DNA of 64,000 nucleotides from a plasmid: the sequence record NZ_CP072388.1; one strand, written 5' to 3'. Below, in pieces: positions 36,981 to 45,813 of the stretch; positions within the stretch are counted from its first letter, which is position 1, and every line of letters starts with the position of its first letter. Both the position numbers and the translations under genes were made by a program. The notes under the pieces are model-generated. The model had not been told where the DNA came from and did not search any database. It saw only the letters and a program-made list of their open reading frames with translations.

Positions 36981-37763
36981 GTGGCGCAACCGTGGGAGAC
37001 GGGTGACGAGATCTCCCGCTGGCATGGGTACCTGCTCGACGACGGCAAGACGCTACGCAACCGCGTCGGCGCCACGACGCCGGACGACCTACGCCGCGCA
37101 GAGGACCACCTCGTGGAGACCCGGGCGCTGTCGCTGCGCGAGCACGACCTGCCCGGCACCTACGACCTCGCCGGCCTGCAGGCCGTCCACCGGCACATGT
37201 TCCAGGACGTCTATGACTGGGCGGGCGAGCTGCGGACGGTGTCGATCCGCAAGAGCGCGGACACGTGGTTCACGCCTGTGCCCGACATCGAACCGTCCAT
37301 GGAAGTGCTCGCTGGCCACCTGCGCGCGTCCGACAACCTGCGCGCGATCGATGCCCAGCACGTGCCGGGTGCGCTCGCCACCGTCTACGACATCGTTAAC
37401 CAGGCACACCCGTTCCGGGAGGGCAACGGCCGCGTCCAGCGCGAGTTCCTGAGCGCCCTTGCGAGCGAGAGCGGGCACCACATCGACTGGACGAAGGTGA
37501 CGCTGTCCGTCGGCGATCGCGAGAACGAAAACGACCGCGTCAGCCGCCTCGCCCTCGCCGGTGACAACGGCCCGATGCGCGACATGTTCGCGCGCATCGT
37601 GACCCGCGCAGACCGCGACAGCTTCGACGTCGCCGCCTTCGAGGCGGTGCGCATCGCGCAGGCCGGTCGGGTGACCCGTCCGCGCTCATCCGAGCACGGA
37701 CCGAGGCCTGCCGCGCCACGTATCCCTGGCGCCTCGCAAGGACAAGAGATCGATCGGACGTAG
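36981..37763 (+). CDS. Fic-family protein (AMPylator-type toxin) with about 80-aa C-terminal extension
   Basis: Canonical Fic motif HPFREGNGRVQR. GTG start 2 nt after the antitoxin stop. Confidence 0.8.
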   Translation: MAQPWETGDEISRWHGYLLDDGKTLRNRVGATTPDDLRRAEDHLVETRALSLREHDLPGTYDLAGLQAVHRHMFQDVYDWAGELRTVSIRKSADTWFTPVPDIEPSMEVLAGHLRASDNLRAIDAQHVPGALATVYDIVNQAHPFREGNGRVQREFLSALASESGHHIDWTKVTLSVGDRENENDRVSRLALAGDNGPMRDMFARIVTRADRDSFDVAAFEAVRIAQAGRVTRPRSSEHGPRPAAPRIPGASQGQEIDRT

Positions 37764-37834
37764 CACCGCTCGGCGCGGTGCGCGGTGAGTACAACGAGGG
37801 GCCCCGCGCAGTGCGCGGGGCCCCTCACTTCGTC

Positions 37835-38146
37835 TCAGTTGGACTCGGACGCCACAGGCTCATCGGACCGAGCGGAGCGCGCCGTCGTGCTCGACCGACG
37901 TCGCGGCGTGCGCGCCTTGCGCTCGGGATCGGGCAAGCCAAGCTTGCGCAGCTCGTCGGCGGTCCACCCGTCGCTGAGCGCGGCCGCGTACGCCCGTGCA
38001 TGCTCGCGCTCGGCGGTCTGTACCTGCGTGCGTAGATCCGCCTCGGCCTGGGCTGCGCGCACCAGTGCACGCACCGACCGGATCCGCTCGTCGAGGAGTT
38101 CGCGGGCCTTCGCCTCGGCAACCTCGGGGTCTAGTTCTCGCGCCAT
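37835..38146 (-). CDS. hypothetical coiled-coil protein (103 aa)
   Basis: ORF with the window's codon bias. Alternative overlapping ORFs on both strands are probable artefacts. Confidence 0.4.
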   Translation of the reverse strand: MARELDPEVAEAKARELLDERIRSVRALVRAAQAEADLRTQVQTAEREHARAYAAALSDGWTADELRKLGLPDPERKARTPRRRSSTTARSARSDEPVASESN

Positions 38147-38254
38147 GCCGCGATGCTACAAACCCCACGACGGCGCGCGCCAGCGCGACGCATCTGGGCG
38201 CCGTCGCAGACACGACACCCGCGCCGAGGGAACGTTGAGCGCACAGGCCTCGGC

Positions 38255-38300
38255 GGAGCAAGCTATACACTTACGTGCCGTAAGTGGCTTGATGGCTCGA
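38255..38300 (+). promoter_or_regulatory. candidate oriT: perfect inverted repeat CACTTACG-tgc-CGTAAGTG followed by gcttgatgg
   Basis: Lies about 100 bp upstream of mobC. Further hairpins lie just downstream (GACGC-tgc-GCGTC; CCCCGCT-gga-GCGGGG). Confidence 0.4.
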
Positions 38301-38384
38301 CGCTGCGCGTCGGCGATGGCACACTGGGCGTGTGGTCCCCGCTGGAGCGGGGTCGCTGCGCTGGGCGAACAGGAGCAAGACGAC

Positions 38385-38783
38385 GTGACCGAGCAGACGA
38401 CGCGAGCACGCAGCCAGAAGCGGCAGCGGCGCGCGAACGTGCCCGGGGGACGACGCCACTACCACCGCGTCGGAGTGACGCCCGAGGAAGAGGCGATGCT
38501 GTTGCAGCGGGCCGCGGCCGCGAAGGTCACCGTGCCGCGCTTGCTCGTCGAGTCTGCGCTTGCGGAGCATGGTGAGACCGCGACCGATCGCGCTGAGTTG
38601 CTGACGGAGCTGTTCCACGCGCGGAGGCTGCTCGCTGCCGTGTCGAACAATCTCAACCAGGTAGCGCGTGCGACGAATGCGACGGGCGAGATCCAGGCCG
38701 AGCTGACGGACACCCTGCGCAACGTGACGATCACCAGCGAGCGGGTCGGGCGGGCGCTTCGACGGTTCGAGGTCGGCGCATGA
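38385..38783 (+). CDS. mobC: MobC-family relaxosome accessory protein
   Basis: Signature NNLNQVARATN. GTG start preceded by aggagcaag. Confidence 0.65.
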   Translation: MTEQTTRARSQKRQRRANVPGGRRHYHRVGVTPEEEAMLLQRAAAAKVTVPRLLVESALAEHGETATDRAELLTELFHARRLLAAVSNNLNQVARATNATGEIQAELTDTLRNVTITSERVGRALRRFEVGA

Positions 38784-40324
38784 TGCCGAACATCACGCGC
38801 GGCGACAGGGTCGCCGGCGTGATGGTGTACCTCGCGGGGGAGGGGCGGCACAACGAGCACACGAACCCGCACGTCGTTGCCGGGCACGACGTCATCGTGG
38901 ACGTGGTCGGCGGGCGCGAGCTGAGCACCGACGACGCTCTCGACATCGCCAACGAGCTCGATCTGCCGCGGCGCGTGTTCGGCACGCGCGTGACCGTCCC
39001 GGTCAAGGAGTGGAGCGAGGAGCAGCAGCGCCAGGTCAAGGTCGGTGACCGGGACGCGCACGTTTGGCACTGCTCGCTGTCGCTGCGCGCCGCGGAGGGC
39101 ACGCTGTCGGACGAGCAGTGGAACCGGATCGCGACCGACTTCGTAGAGGGCATGGGCTTCGGGGCCGCCAGTGACGACGGCGCCGGGTGCCGGTGGGTCG
39201 CGGTCCGGCACGGGCTGTCGTCGGCCGGCAACGACCACGTGCACATCGTGGTGAACCTCGTGCGCGAGGACGGCACGAAGGCGTCGGTGCACAACGACCA
39301 GCCGCGCGCGCAGCGCCTGACGAACGAGCTCGAGCACCGGCACGGGCTGCAGGTGCTCGAGTCGCGCGAGGTCGGACGCGGGGCACTTGCCGGCGCGAAG
39401 CCTGCCGAGCTCGGGCGCGCCGAGCGTGAGGGTGCCGCGCTCCCGGCGCGCGACGAGCTGCGCCGGCGCGTGCGCGCCGCGGCCGCGGAGGCGACGAGCG
39501 AGCGCGAGTTCCTGGACGCGCTGCGCGACGTGCGGGTGCTGGTCCGACCCCGGTACGCCGAGGGCGGGCGCGAGCGCGTCGTCGGGTACTCGGTCGCCCT
39601 CCCGCCGTCGGTCGATGACGGGCGGCGCGCGGCACCGGTGTGGCACGGCGCGGGCCGCCTCGACAACTCCCTGGCGCTCGGCCAGCTGCGCGCCCGCTGG
39701 GGCGCCGACGTCGCCGGCGACCCGGCCCTGACGCCGGCATGGACCCAGCGGTGGACCACCCTTGACGTCGCGGACAAGGTGCGTGCGAGCGAGCCACCGC
39801 GCGACGCCGCACGCGCCCTGGTCGGGCTGTCCGGGACGCTCGGAGACGGCGGACAGCGCCTCGCGGCCGCCGACGCCGCGGGCGTGTTCGCGCGCGCATC
39901 GATCGCGCTCGAGAAGGACAAGCCAGGTCCGCTCGCCAAGCTCTCCGACGACCTCGCCCGCGCGGCCCAGCCCTCGGCCTACACCGCAGAGGACCGTGAC
40001 CGGCAACGGCGCGAGAACGCCGCGCTTGGGGCCGCGTACGTCAGTCGGCTCATGGCCCGCGGCACGGGCAGCGACTCACGCACCGGATGGATCGCCGTCA
40101 TGCGGCAAGCCGAGCGCACCGCCCGCGCGATCGCGCACGCCCAGGCACTGCAGGGACGGGCGGTCGCGGCGGCGCAGACGAACCGTGCGCTCCTCGCCGC
40201 GGTCGCAGCGGTGCCGCAGATGGAAGGCCGCGCCGCGGCGCCGAACCTCGATCCGGGCGCCCACGCGATGCGCGACCGCCGAGGGGCTGCCGTGCGCGAC
40301 GTCGACGTGGAACAAGGCCGCTGA
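38780..40324 (+). CDS. relaxase (MobA/VirD2-type relaxase/mobilisation nuclease domain)
   Basis: His-triad motif GNDHVHIVVNLV. N-terminal region with the putative catalytic Tyr. Overlaps the mobC stop. Confidence 0.8.
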   Translation: MMPNITRGDRVAGVMVYLAGEGRHNEHTNPHVVAGHDVIVDVVGGRELSTDDALDIANELDLPRRVFGTRVTVPVKEWSEEQQRQVKVGDRDAHVWHCSLSLRAAEGTLSDEQWNRIATDFVEGMGFGAASDDGAGCRWVAVRHGLSSAGNDHVHIVVNLVREDGTKASVHNDQPRAQRLTNELEHRHGLQVLESREVGRGALAGAKPAELGRAEREGAALPARDELRRRVRAAAAEATSEREFLDALRDVRVLVRPRYAEGGRERVVGYSVALPPSVDDGRRAAPVWHGAGRLDNSLALGQLRARWGADVAGDPALTPAWTQRWTTLDVADKVRASEPPRDAARALVGLSGTLGDGGQRLAAADAAGVFARASIALEKDKPGPLAKLSDDLARAAQPSAYTAEDRDRQRRENAALGAAYVSRLMARGTGSDSRTGWIAVMRQAERTARAIAHAQALQGRAVAAAQTNRALLAAVAAVPQMEGRAAAPNLDPGAHAMRDRRGAAVRDVDVEQGR

Positions 40325-40482
40325 GGGCTCCTGGCGCCACGCGCCGTGCATGGACCCGGGCCCATCCCAAGGCGCGCCTTGTGCGAGGACTTCTTGACCG
40401 GTAAGTCATGATCGAGACGTGCGTCTGGGCCAATAATCGCAGCGAAGACCAAGGCCCAGCCCTAGCCCAGCAGAGGAGTCCG

Positions 40483-41556
40483 ATGGCGGAGAAGTCTGTC
40501 GAGCAGCTCGTGCACGAGGCGCTTGACCTGTTCGACGATCCGTCACAGTCGGTCGCCAGTCATGTGCGGCGCGCAATCCGGATCGCGACGAAGCGGCAGG
40601 ACTACATCGCGTTGCTGCGTCTCTACCCGGAAACGTTCGACTTCACCCCTCAGACCAAGATCGACCATCCGGCGTTCGTCGATGCGGGCGCTAGCCTCGA
40701 CGCGCTCGTGGGAGCCGAGGAAGGTGAGCGGCAGAAGATCCAGATCTTGATGCGCTTCATGCGCGACCGCACTCCGCGCGGCGGCAGCGAGAGGTTCCAC
40801 GCCCTGAGCATCGGTCAGATCGAAGCGCAGTTGCAGCAGGTAAACGAGGTTATCGAGCACTACTCGAAGGTGCCGGAGAACCTCACACCTATCGACACGT
40901 ATCGAGTCGCGGAGCAGTACGACAGAGCGGGAGCCCAGGCCCTGCCTCTCAGGGCCGAGTACGAGTCGACGATCGAGCGCGTGAAGCAGGCAGTTCACGA
41001 CATCCTGGTTGACACAGAGCGGCAGATCGAGTCGGGGCAGCGACGCCCAAGCATCTTCGAGCGGGGCCAGGCCTACATCGCCGGGGCACTTGCTCGTCGC
41101 GCCCCCGACGCGCTTACGACGTTCGAGGCCGCGGAGGATGCCCTCCAGCGAGGGACGCCTGAGGACTTGAGTCACGCTCTCACCTCGTGCCGACGGATGA
41201 TCAAGGCCCTGGCCGACGCGCTGTACCCAGCGACCGGAGAGAAGATCACGGGCGACGACGGACGCGAACGACCCATGACCGACGACGCCTACAACAACCG
41301 GCTCCTACAGTTCGCGGTCGAGCACATCGATGGGTCGACCCATCAAGACCTCGTGAACGAGACCCTGAAAGGGCTGGGGAACCGGCTCAAGCGGCTCAAC
41401 GAGCTGTCCTCGAAGGGTGTACACGACGTTGTGAGCAGCGCGGAGGCAGAAACATGTCTCATGTGGACCTACCTCACCGTCGCGGACTTCCTACGCATCG
41501 CAGACGGGACCAGTTCACGTCTCCAGGGTGACCCCGCCACCGAGCTACCCGACTGA
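40483..41556 (+). CDS. hypothetical protein (357 aa), lower GC than flanks
   Basis: RBS gaggag upstream of the ATG. Helical, no recognisable catalytic motif. Confidence 0.55.
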   Translation: MAEKSVEQLVHEALDLFDDPSQSVASHVRRAIRIATKRQDYIALLRLYPETFDFTPQTKIDHPAFVDAGASLDALVGAEEGERQKIQILMRFMRDRTPRGGSERFHALSIGQIEAQLQQVNEVIEHYSKVPENLTPIDTYRVAEQYDRAGAQALPLRAEYESTIERVKQAVHDILVDTERQIESGQRRPSIFERGQAYIAGALARRAPDALTTFEAAEDALQRGTPEDLSHALTSCRRMIKALADALYPATGEKITGDDGRERPMTDDAYNNRLLQFAVEHIDGSTHQDLVNETLKGLGNRLKRLNELSSKGVHDVVSSAEAETCLMWTYLTVADFLRIADGTSSRLQGDPATELPD

Positions 41557-41565
41557 GAGAGAACG

Positions 41566-42327
41566 ATGGACACGCTTCCGATCCCCGAGGTGCTGGACGA
41601 CCCGGCACTCTTCATCACGTATGGTCCGGAGCCCCTGAACGGGCAATGGGGCAGCCTCGCAGCCGAGTACGCCCGTCATCGTGAGTACACCGGCGTCGCA
41701 CCCCGCTACTTCGCATTCGACGACCTGTGGCTGGAGTTCAGCGAGGCCGACGGGTCTTCTGCGCCTCTGCCCACCGGGTGGGCACGCGCCCTGCTTCTGG
41801 CGTCGGGCGGCGGCAACTACCAGCGCATGCTCCTCGAGAAGCTGGTGAAGGTCTGGACTCCCGCCACCCCGCCGCCGGGGGGCCGGTTCGGGGCGCTACT
41901 CACGGCGCTGTTGTTCGACGACGTCCACCCCGACGACGCCCAGGGGCTGCCGGCTCTGGCCCCGACCGCCCTCGCCGAGGAGCGCACCCGGCGCCTGCAG
42001 GCCCGGCGTCAGCTGCGCGCCGACGTCGCCGAGGCGGCCGGGGCGCTCGTCGAGCGGCAAGCCGCCGAGCGGCGACGCCAGCGTGAGGTGGACGCGGCGG
42101 CCAGCGCCGTGGTGCGCGAGCAGATGCGGGCGCTCGGGCTGTACGTGCGCCGGGTGCGCCACCCGAGCGAGACGCCGGCCAGCGTGCACCGGTTCGACTG
42201 CGGCGCGGTCACCGGGGTGACCAAGAAGCGCACGATCGACCCCGCGCTGTACGAAGGTTTCGACGCCGTGCCGGAGGGTGCTCGCATGTGCCGCACCTGC
42301 CATCCGCGCCAGACGCAACCCGTCTGA
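41566..42327 (+). CDS. hypothetical protein (253 aa) with C-terminal Cys cluster (C..x21..CRTCH, zinc-ribbon-like)
   Basis: 9-bp spacer after the previous gene. Ala/Arg-rich coiled-coil middle. Confidence 0.55.
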   Translation: MDTLPIPEVLDDPALFITYGPEPLNGQWGSLAAEYARHREYTGVAPRYFAFDDLWLEFSEADGSSAPLPTGWARALLLASGGGNYQRMLLEKLVKVWTPATPPPGGRFGALLTALLFDDVHPDDAQGLPALAPTALAEERTRRLQARRQLRADVAEAAGALVERQAAERRRQREVDAAASAVVREQMRALGLYVRRVRHPSETPASVHRFDCGAVTGVTKKRTIDPALYEGFDAVPEGARMCRTCHPRQTQPV

Positions 42328-42495
42328 CCTCAGTGCGCACCAAGCATCGCTAGCCGTACAAGGTTGGCGGGTGCGAGCGGAGCGCGAAGTTGCGTCGCCT
42401 CTGCAAGGGCACCACGAATCGCGGGTACCGGTCAGCGGCCCGGAACGGCCGTGTCAGATCCTTGTGCTGGACTTCTGGCGAACGGAGGTGACGTC

Positions 42496-42624
42496 ATGGC
42501 GAAGTCGTCGAAGTCTGGGAAGCCCTCGAAGTCCGCTCTGTCCAAGGCGGGCAAGACGCTCGCGAGCGATTCCTCGAGCAAGCCGGCGAAGTCGAAGGCC
42601 GGTTCGACGCTCGGCAAGGGCTAA
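42496..42624 (+). CDS. small Lys/Ser-rich basic protein (42 aa)
   Basis: MAKSSKSGKPSKSALSKAGK..., RBS ggagg upstream. Internal to ORF 42364..42624. A hairpin GACGTCGCA...GCGACGTC follows at about 42700. Confidence 0.35.
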   Translation: MAKSSKSGKPSKSALSKAGKTLASDSSSKPAKSKAGSTLGKG

Positions 42625-43203
42625 ACCGGTGCGCGGGCGGTCGCCGCCCGCGCACCGTCCGTCGCGTGACGCGATCGCCCGTAGCAGCACTGCAGGTGGC
42701 GGAAACCGACCGTTTCTCGGACGTCGCACAACCAGGTTCTGCGACGTCCGTGAAACGTGGGTTCTGCATCACGCGGCGTTGCTACGAGTCCCTCTTCGCG
42801 AGGTGGGCGTTGAGGGCGGTGCGATCGGCGTCGCCGTCGCGGTCGGCTTGGCGGCCTGGGCGGTGGACGGTGCGATTCGTCGTCCGCGGGTCCATTGGAC
42901 GGCGACGACGATCGCGCGATCAGGTCGGGGGCTCGCCGGCTCCCCAGGCGATGGAGCTGCCGTCGGCTTGGTCGTCGAGCAAGGTGGTGGTGGCGGTGTA
43001 TCCGATGGATGCCCACCAGTCGGCGGCGAGGATCTGCTGGTCGGCTATGACGGCGACGCCGAAGAACGCGTGGAACGCCATGGCGATGAGCAGGATGAGC
43101 GGGCGGATGGGGTAGGCGGCGCGGGTGGGGCCGGGGTCGATCCCGGGGACGACCCAGAAGAACAGGTACCCGCACCGGTGGTCCGCGGTCAGGGCGGCGC
43201 CGT

Positions 43204-44238
43204 CTACCGGGTGGTCTCGAGCGCAGGCACAGCAGGCTTCTCGCGCTCGGGCGTCGCGCGGGGGCGACGGTGCGCGCGCACCACCGTGATGGCGACGGCG
43301 ACCACGAACAGGACGAACCCCACCCAGACCATCACCTGGGTGACGTTGAGCCCCGCCCCGTCCGAGCCCGGCGTGCGCCCGCCGTCACGGCCCGTCGCGG
43401 TGACGAGCAGGACGACGACGATCGTCGCCGAGACCGCGAGGCGACCGACCCAGCGTCCGGCCGTGTCCAGCGCGGACCGCCCGGGCGTGCGGGCCGGCGC
43501 GAGCAGCCGCACCAGGAGCAGCCCGGCGACGGGCAGCTGCAGCAGCCAGATCGTGGTGCGGAACGCCCCGTCGTACCAGACGTTCGTCCCGTACAGCAGG
43601 GTGTGCCACACGCTCAGCACGTACACGAGGATGATCGAGGCGTGTAGCGCCTGCCACACGCGCGGGCCCATCCACCGGCGCGCGTAGAACGCCAGGCCGA
43701 GCGGGATCGACAGGTACAGCGCCAACAGCCCGATCAGGATCGCGATCTGCCCCGTGCCCGAGGAGTAGCCGCCCGGTACGAATACGTCCACGAACGCGCC
43801 CCACAGCAACGCCGGCGTCGAGAGTCCGTCCGCGTTCTCCCGGACCAGCTCGGCGAAGAACCAAAACGCGTGCGCGAACATCAGGCCGATCGTCGTCAGG
43901 CTCGTCGTGCGGTGCCACCGCTCCAGACGTGCCGTCGACACCGGCATCCACGCCGGGCGCCGCGAAGACCGCACCAGCCCGAGCATCACCGTGATCCACG
44001 CCCAGAACAGACCCGACCACCCGAACGCCTGGCACAGCCAGTACATCCAGTACAGCGGCGCGTCCGCGAGGAACGGCATCACCTCGATCGTCGTCGACGT
44101 GCCCTGCGCGACCCGCCAGTACAACAGTGCGAAGATCGCGAGCGTCAGCACCAACGCGGCCGTCGCGTCCTTCCACGACGCCCGCAGGTCCTCGCGCAAC
44201 GCCGCGCCATCGAACTGCGCACCCCTGCCAGTCGTCAT
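43204..44238 (-). CDS. polytopic membrane protein, ferric-reductase/MsrQ-like transmembrane domain (conserved His in TM helices)
   Basis: Internal ATG at 44238 with RBS gaggtg. At least seven TM helices. Divergent from the arsR-CDF operon. Confidence 0.45.
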   Translation of the reverse strand: MTTGRGAQFDGAALREDLRASWKDATAALVLTLAIFALLYWRVAQGTSTTIEVMPFLADAPLYWMYWLCQAFGWSGLFWAWITVMLGLVRSSRRPAWMPVSTARLERWHRTTSLTTIGLMFAHAFWFFAELVRENADGLSTPALLWGAFVDVFVPGGYSSGTGQIAILIGLLALYLSIPLGLAFYARRWMGPRVWQALHASIILVYVLSVWHTLLYGTNVWYDGAFRTTIWLLQLPVAGLLLVRLLAPARTPGRSALDTAGRWVGRLAVSATIVVVLLVTATGRDGGRTPGSDGAGLNVTQVMVWVGFVLFVVAVAITVVRAHRRPRATPEREKPAVPALETTR

Positions 44239-44452
44239 CGACCACACCTCTGTCCAGGACGATGACCACGCCGTCACCGTCGACCGGCCTCGACCGTACT
44301 GGCACCTTTTGACGGCCGTCAAGCAAAAGTAGTGCGCCGCGAACGACTGGTGGCGTGGTGCGGCAGTCTTCGACCCGACTCGAAGACCATGGTTTCGCGC
44401 GCGTCACACCGGCCGAGATTGACCCATCGCCGCTCAGCGATATTATCGCCAT

Positions 44453-44845
44453 ATGACGATGATGCCTGGGGTTGTGCCGCGACCGGTGGATCGGCAGATC
44501 GATGTCGTGGCCACGGCGGTGTACGCGGAGCTGTTCCATGCGCTGTCCGAGCCGACGCGGTTGGCGATCGTGCAGCACCTGGCGATCGGTGAGCACCGGG
44601 TGCGGGATCTGGTGGAGCACATGGGGTTGGCGCAGTCGACGGTGAGTGGGCACCTGGGGTGCCTGCGTGAGTGCGGGCTGGTCACGGTGCGCGTAGAGGG
44701 ACGGTCGTCGTGGTTCTCTTTGTCCGAGCCCGAGCTGTTGGCGGGCCTGTTGGTGGGTGCCGAGCGGTTGCTGGGCGCGACGGGTGAGAAGGTGCGGCTG
44801 TGCACTCACCTGGTGCATCCGGAGACGTCGGGGGAGGGGGCCTGA
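44453..44845 (+). CDS. ArsR/SmtB-family metalloregulator
   Basis: HTH LAIVQHLAIGEHRVRDLVEHMGLAQSTVSGHLGCLRECG. C-terminal Cys/His. Confidence 0.8.
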   Translation: MTMMPGVVPRPVDRQIDVVATAVYAELFHALSEPTRLAIVQHLAIGEHRVRDLVEHMGLAQSTVSGHLGCLRECGLVTVRVEGRSSWFSLSEPELLAGLLVGAERLLGATGEKVRLCTHLVHPETSGEGA

Positions 44846-45786
44846 TGGGCGCGGGGCACAGTCACGGTCCGGCCGATGCGACCGGTGGGGCGGCTCCGGA
44901 CCTTCGTCGCCGGCTCGCGATCGTGTTCGGGCTGACGTCGACGGTCGTGGTGGCGCAGGCGATCGGGTCGTGGGTCACGGGAAGCCTGGCGCTGTTGACC
45001 GACACGGCGCACGCGTTGACGGACGCCACGGGTTTGCTGGTCGCGTTGATCGCCGCCACGTTGATGCTCAGGCCGGCGAACAAGCACCGCACGTGGGGAT
45101 TCCGGCGGATCGAGGTGATCGCCGCGCTCGCGCAGGCGACGTTGTTGATTGTGGTCGGGGTGTACGCAGCGGTCGAGGGGGTGCGGCGCCTGGTGGAGCC
45201 GCCCGAGGTGCAGTCGTCCGAGCTGCTGGTGTTCGGCATCGTGGGCCTGGTCGCGAACATCACGGGGATCGTGATCCTGTCCTCCAGCCGGGGCGCGAAC
45301 TTCAACATGCGGGCCGCGTTCTTGGAGGTCCTCAACGACGCGCTCGGCTCGCTGGGCGTGATCGTGGCGGCGATCGTAATTACGACCACGGGGTTCCAGC
45401 GGGCGGACGCGATCGCGGGCCTGTTCATCGCGGCGCTGATCGTGCCGCGCGCGGTGACGATCCTGCGAGAGACGACGAGCGTGCTGATGGAGTTCACGCC
45501 GAAGGGTCTGGACCTGGACCAGGTCCGGGCGCACATCCTCGGTCTGGCGCACGTGCGTGACGTCCACGATCTGCACGCCTCGACCGTGGCGACGGGGCTG
45601 CCGACGATCTCCGCGCACGTGGTCGTCGACGACGAGTGCTTCACCGACGGGCACGCCCCGACGATCCTGCATGACATCCGCGAATGCGTCGCAGAGCACT
45701 TCCCGGTCTCGCTGGAGCACTCGACGTTCCAGCTCGAGACCGAGCGCCTGCGCGAGCACGAGCCCGCTGATACCCGGCACGCCTGA
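44845..45786 (+). CDS. cation diffusion facilitator (CzcD-like Zn/Co/Cd efflux)
   Basis: Six TM helices. His-rich N-terminus MGAGHSHG. CDF signature region with HALTDA. The ATG overlaps the arsR stop. Confidence 0.85.
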   Translation: MGAGHSHGPADATGGAAPDLRRRLAIVFGLTSTVVVAQAIGSWVTGSLALLTDTAHALTDATGLLVALIAATLMLRPANKHRTWGFRRIEVIAALAQATLLIVVGVYAAVEGVRRLVEPPEVQSSELLVFGIVGLVANITGIVILSSSRGANFNMRAAFLEVLNDALGSLGVIVAAIVITTTGFQRADAIAGLFIAALIVPRAVTILRETTSVLMEFTPKGLDLDQVRAHILGLAHVRDVHDLHASTVATGLPTISAHVVVDDECFTDGHAPTILHDIRECVAEHFPVSLEHSTFQLETERLREHEPADTRHA

Positions 45787-45813
45787 GTAGCCGCGGCAAG
45801 GTCGGGGCGGGGT

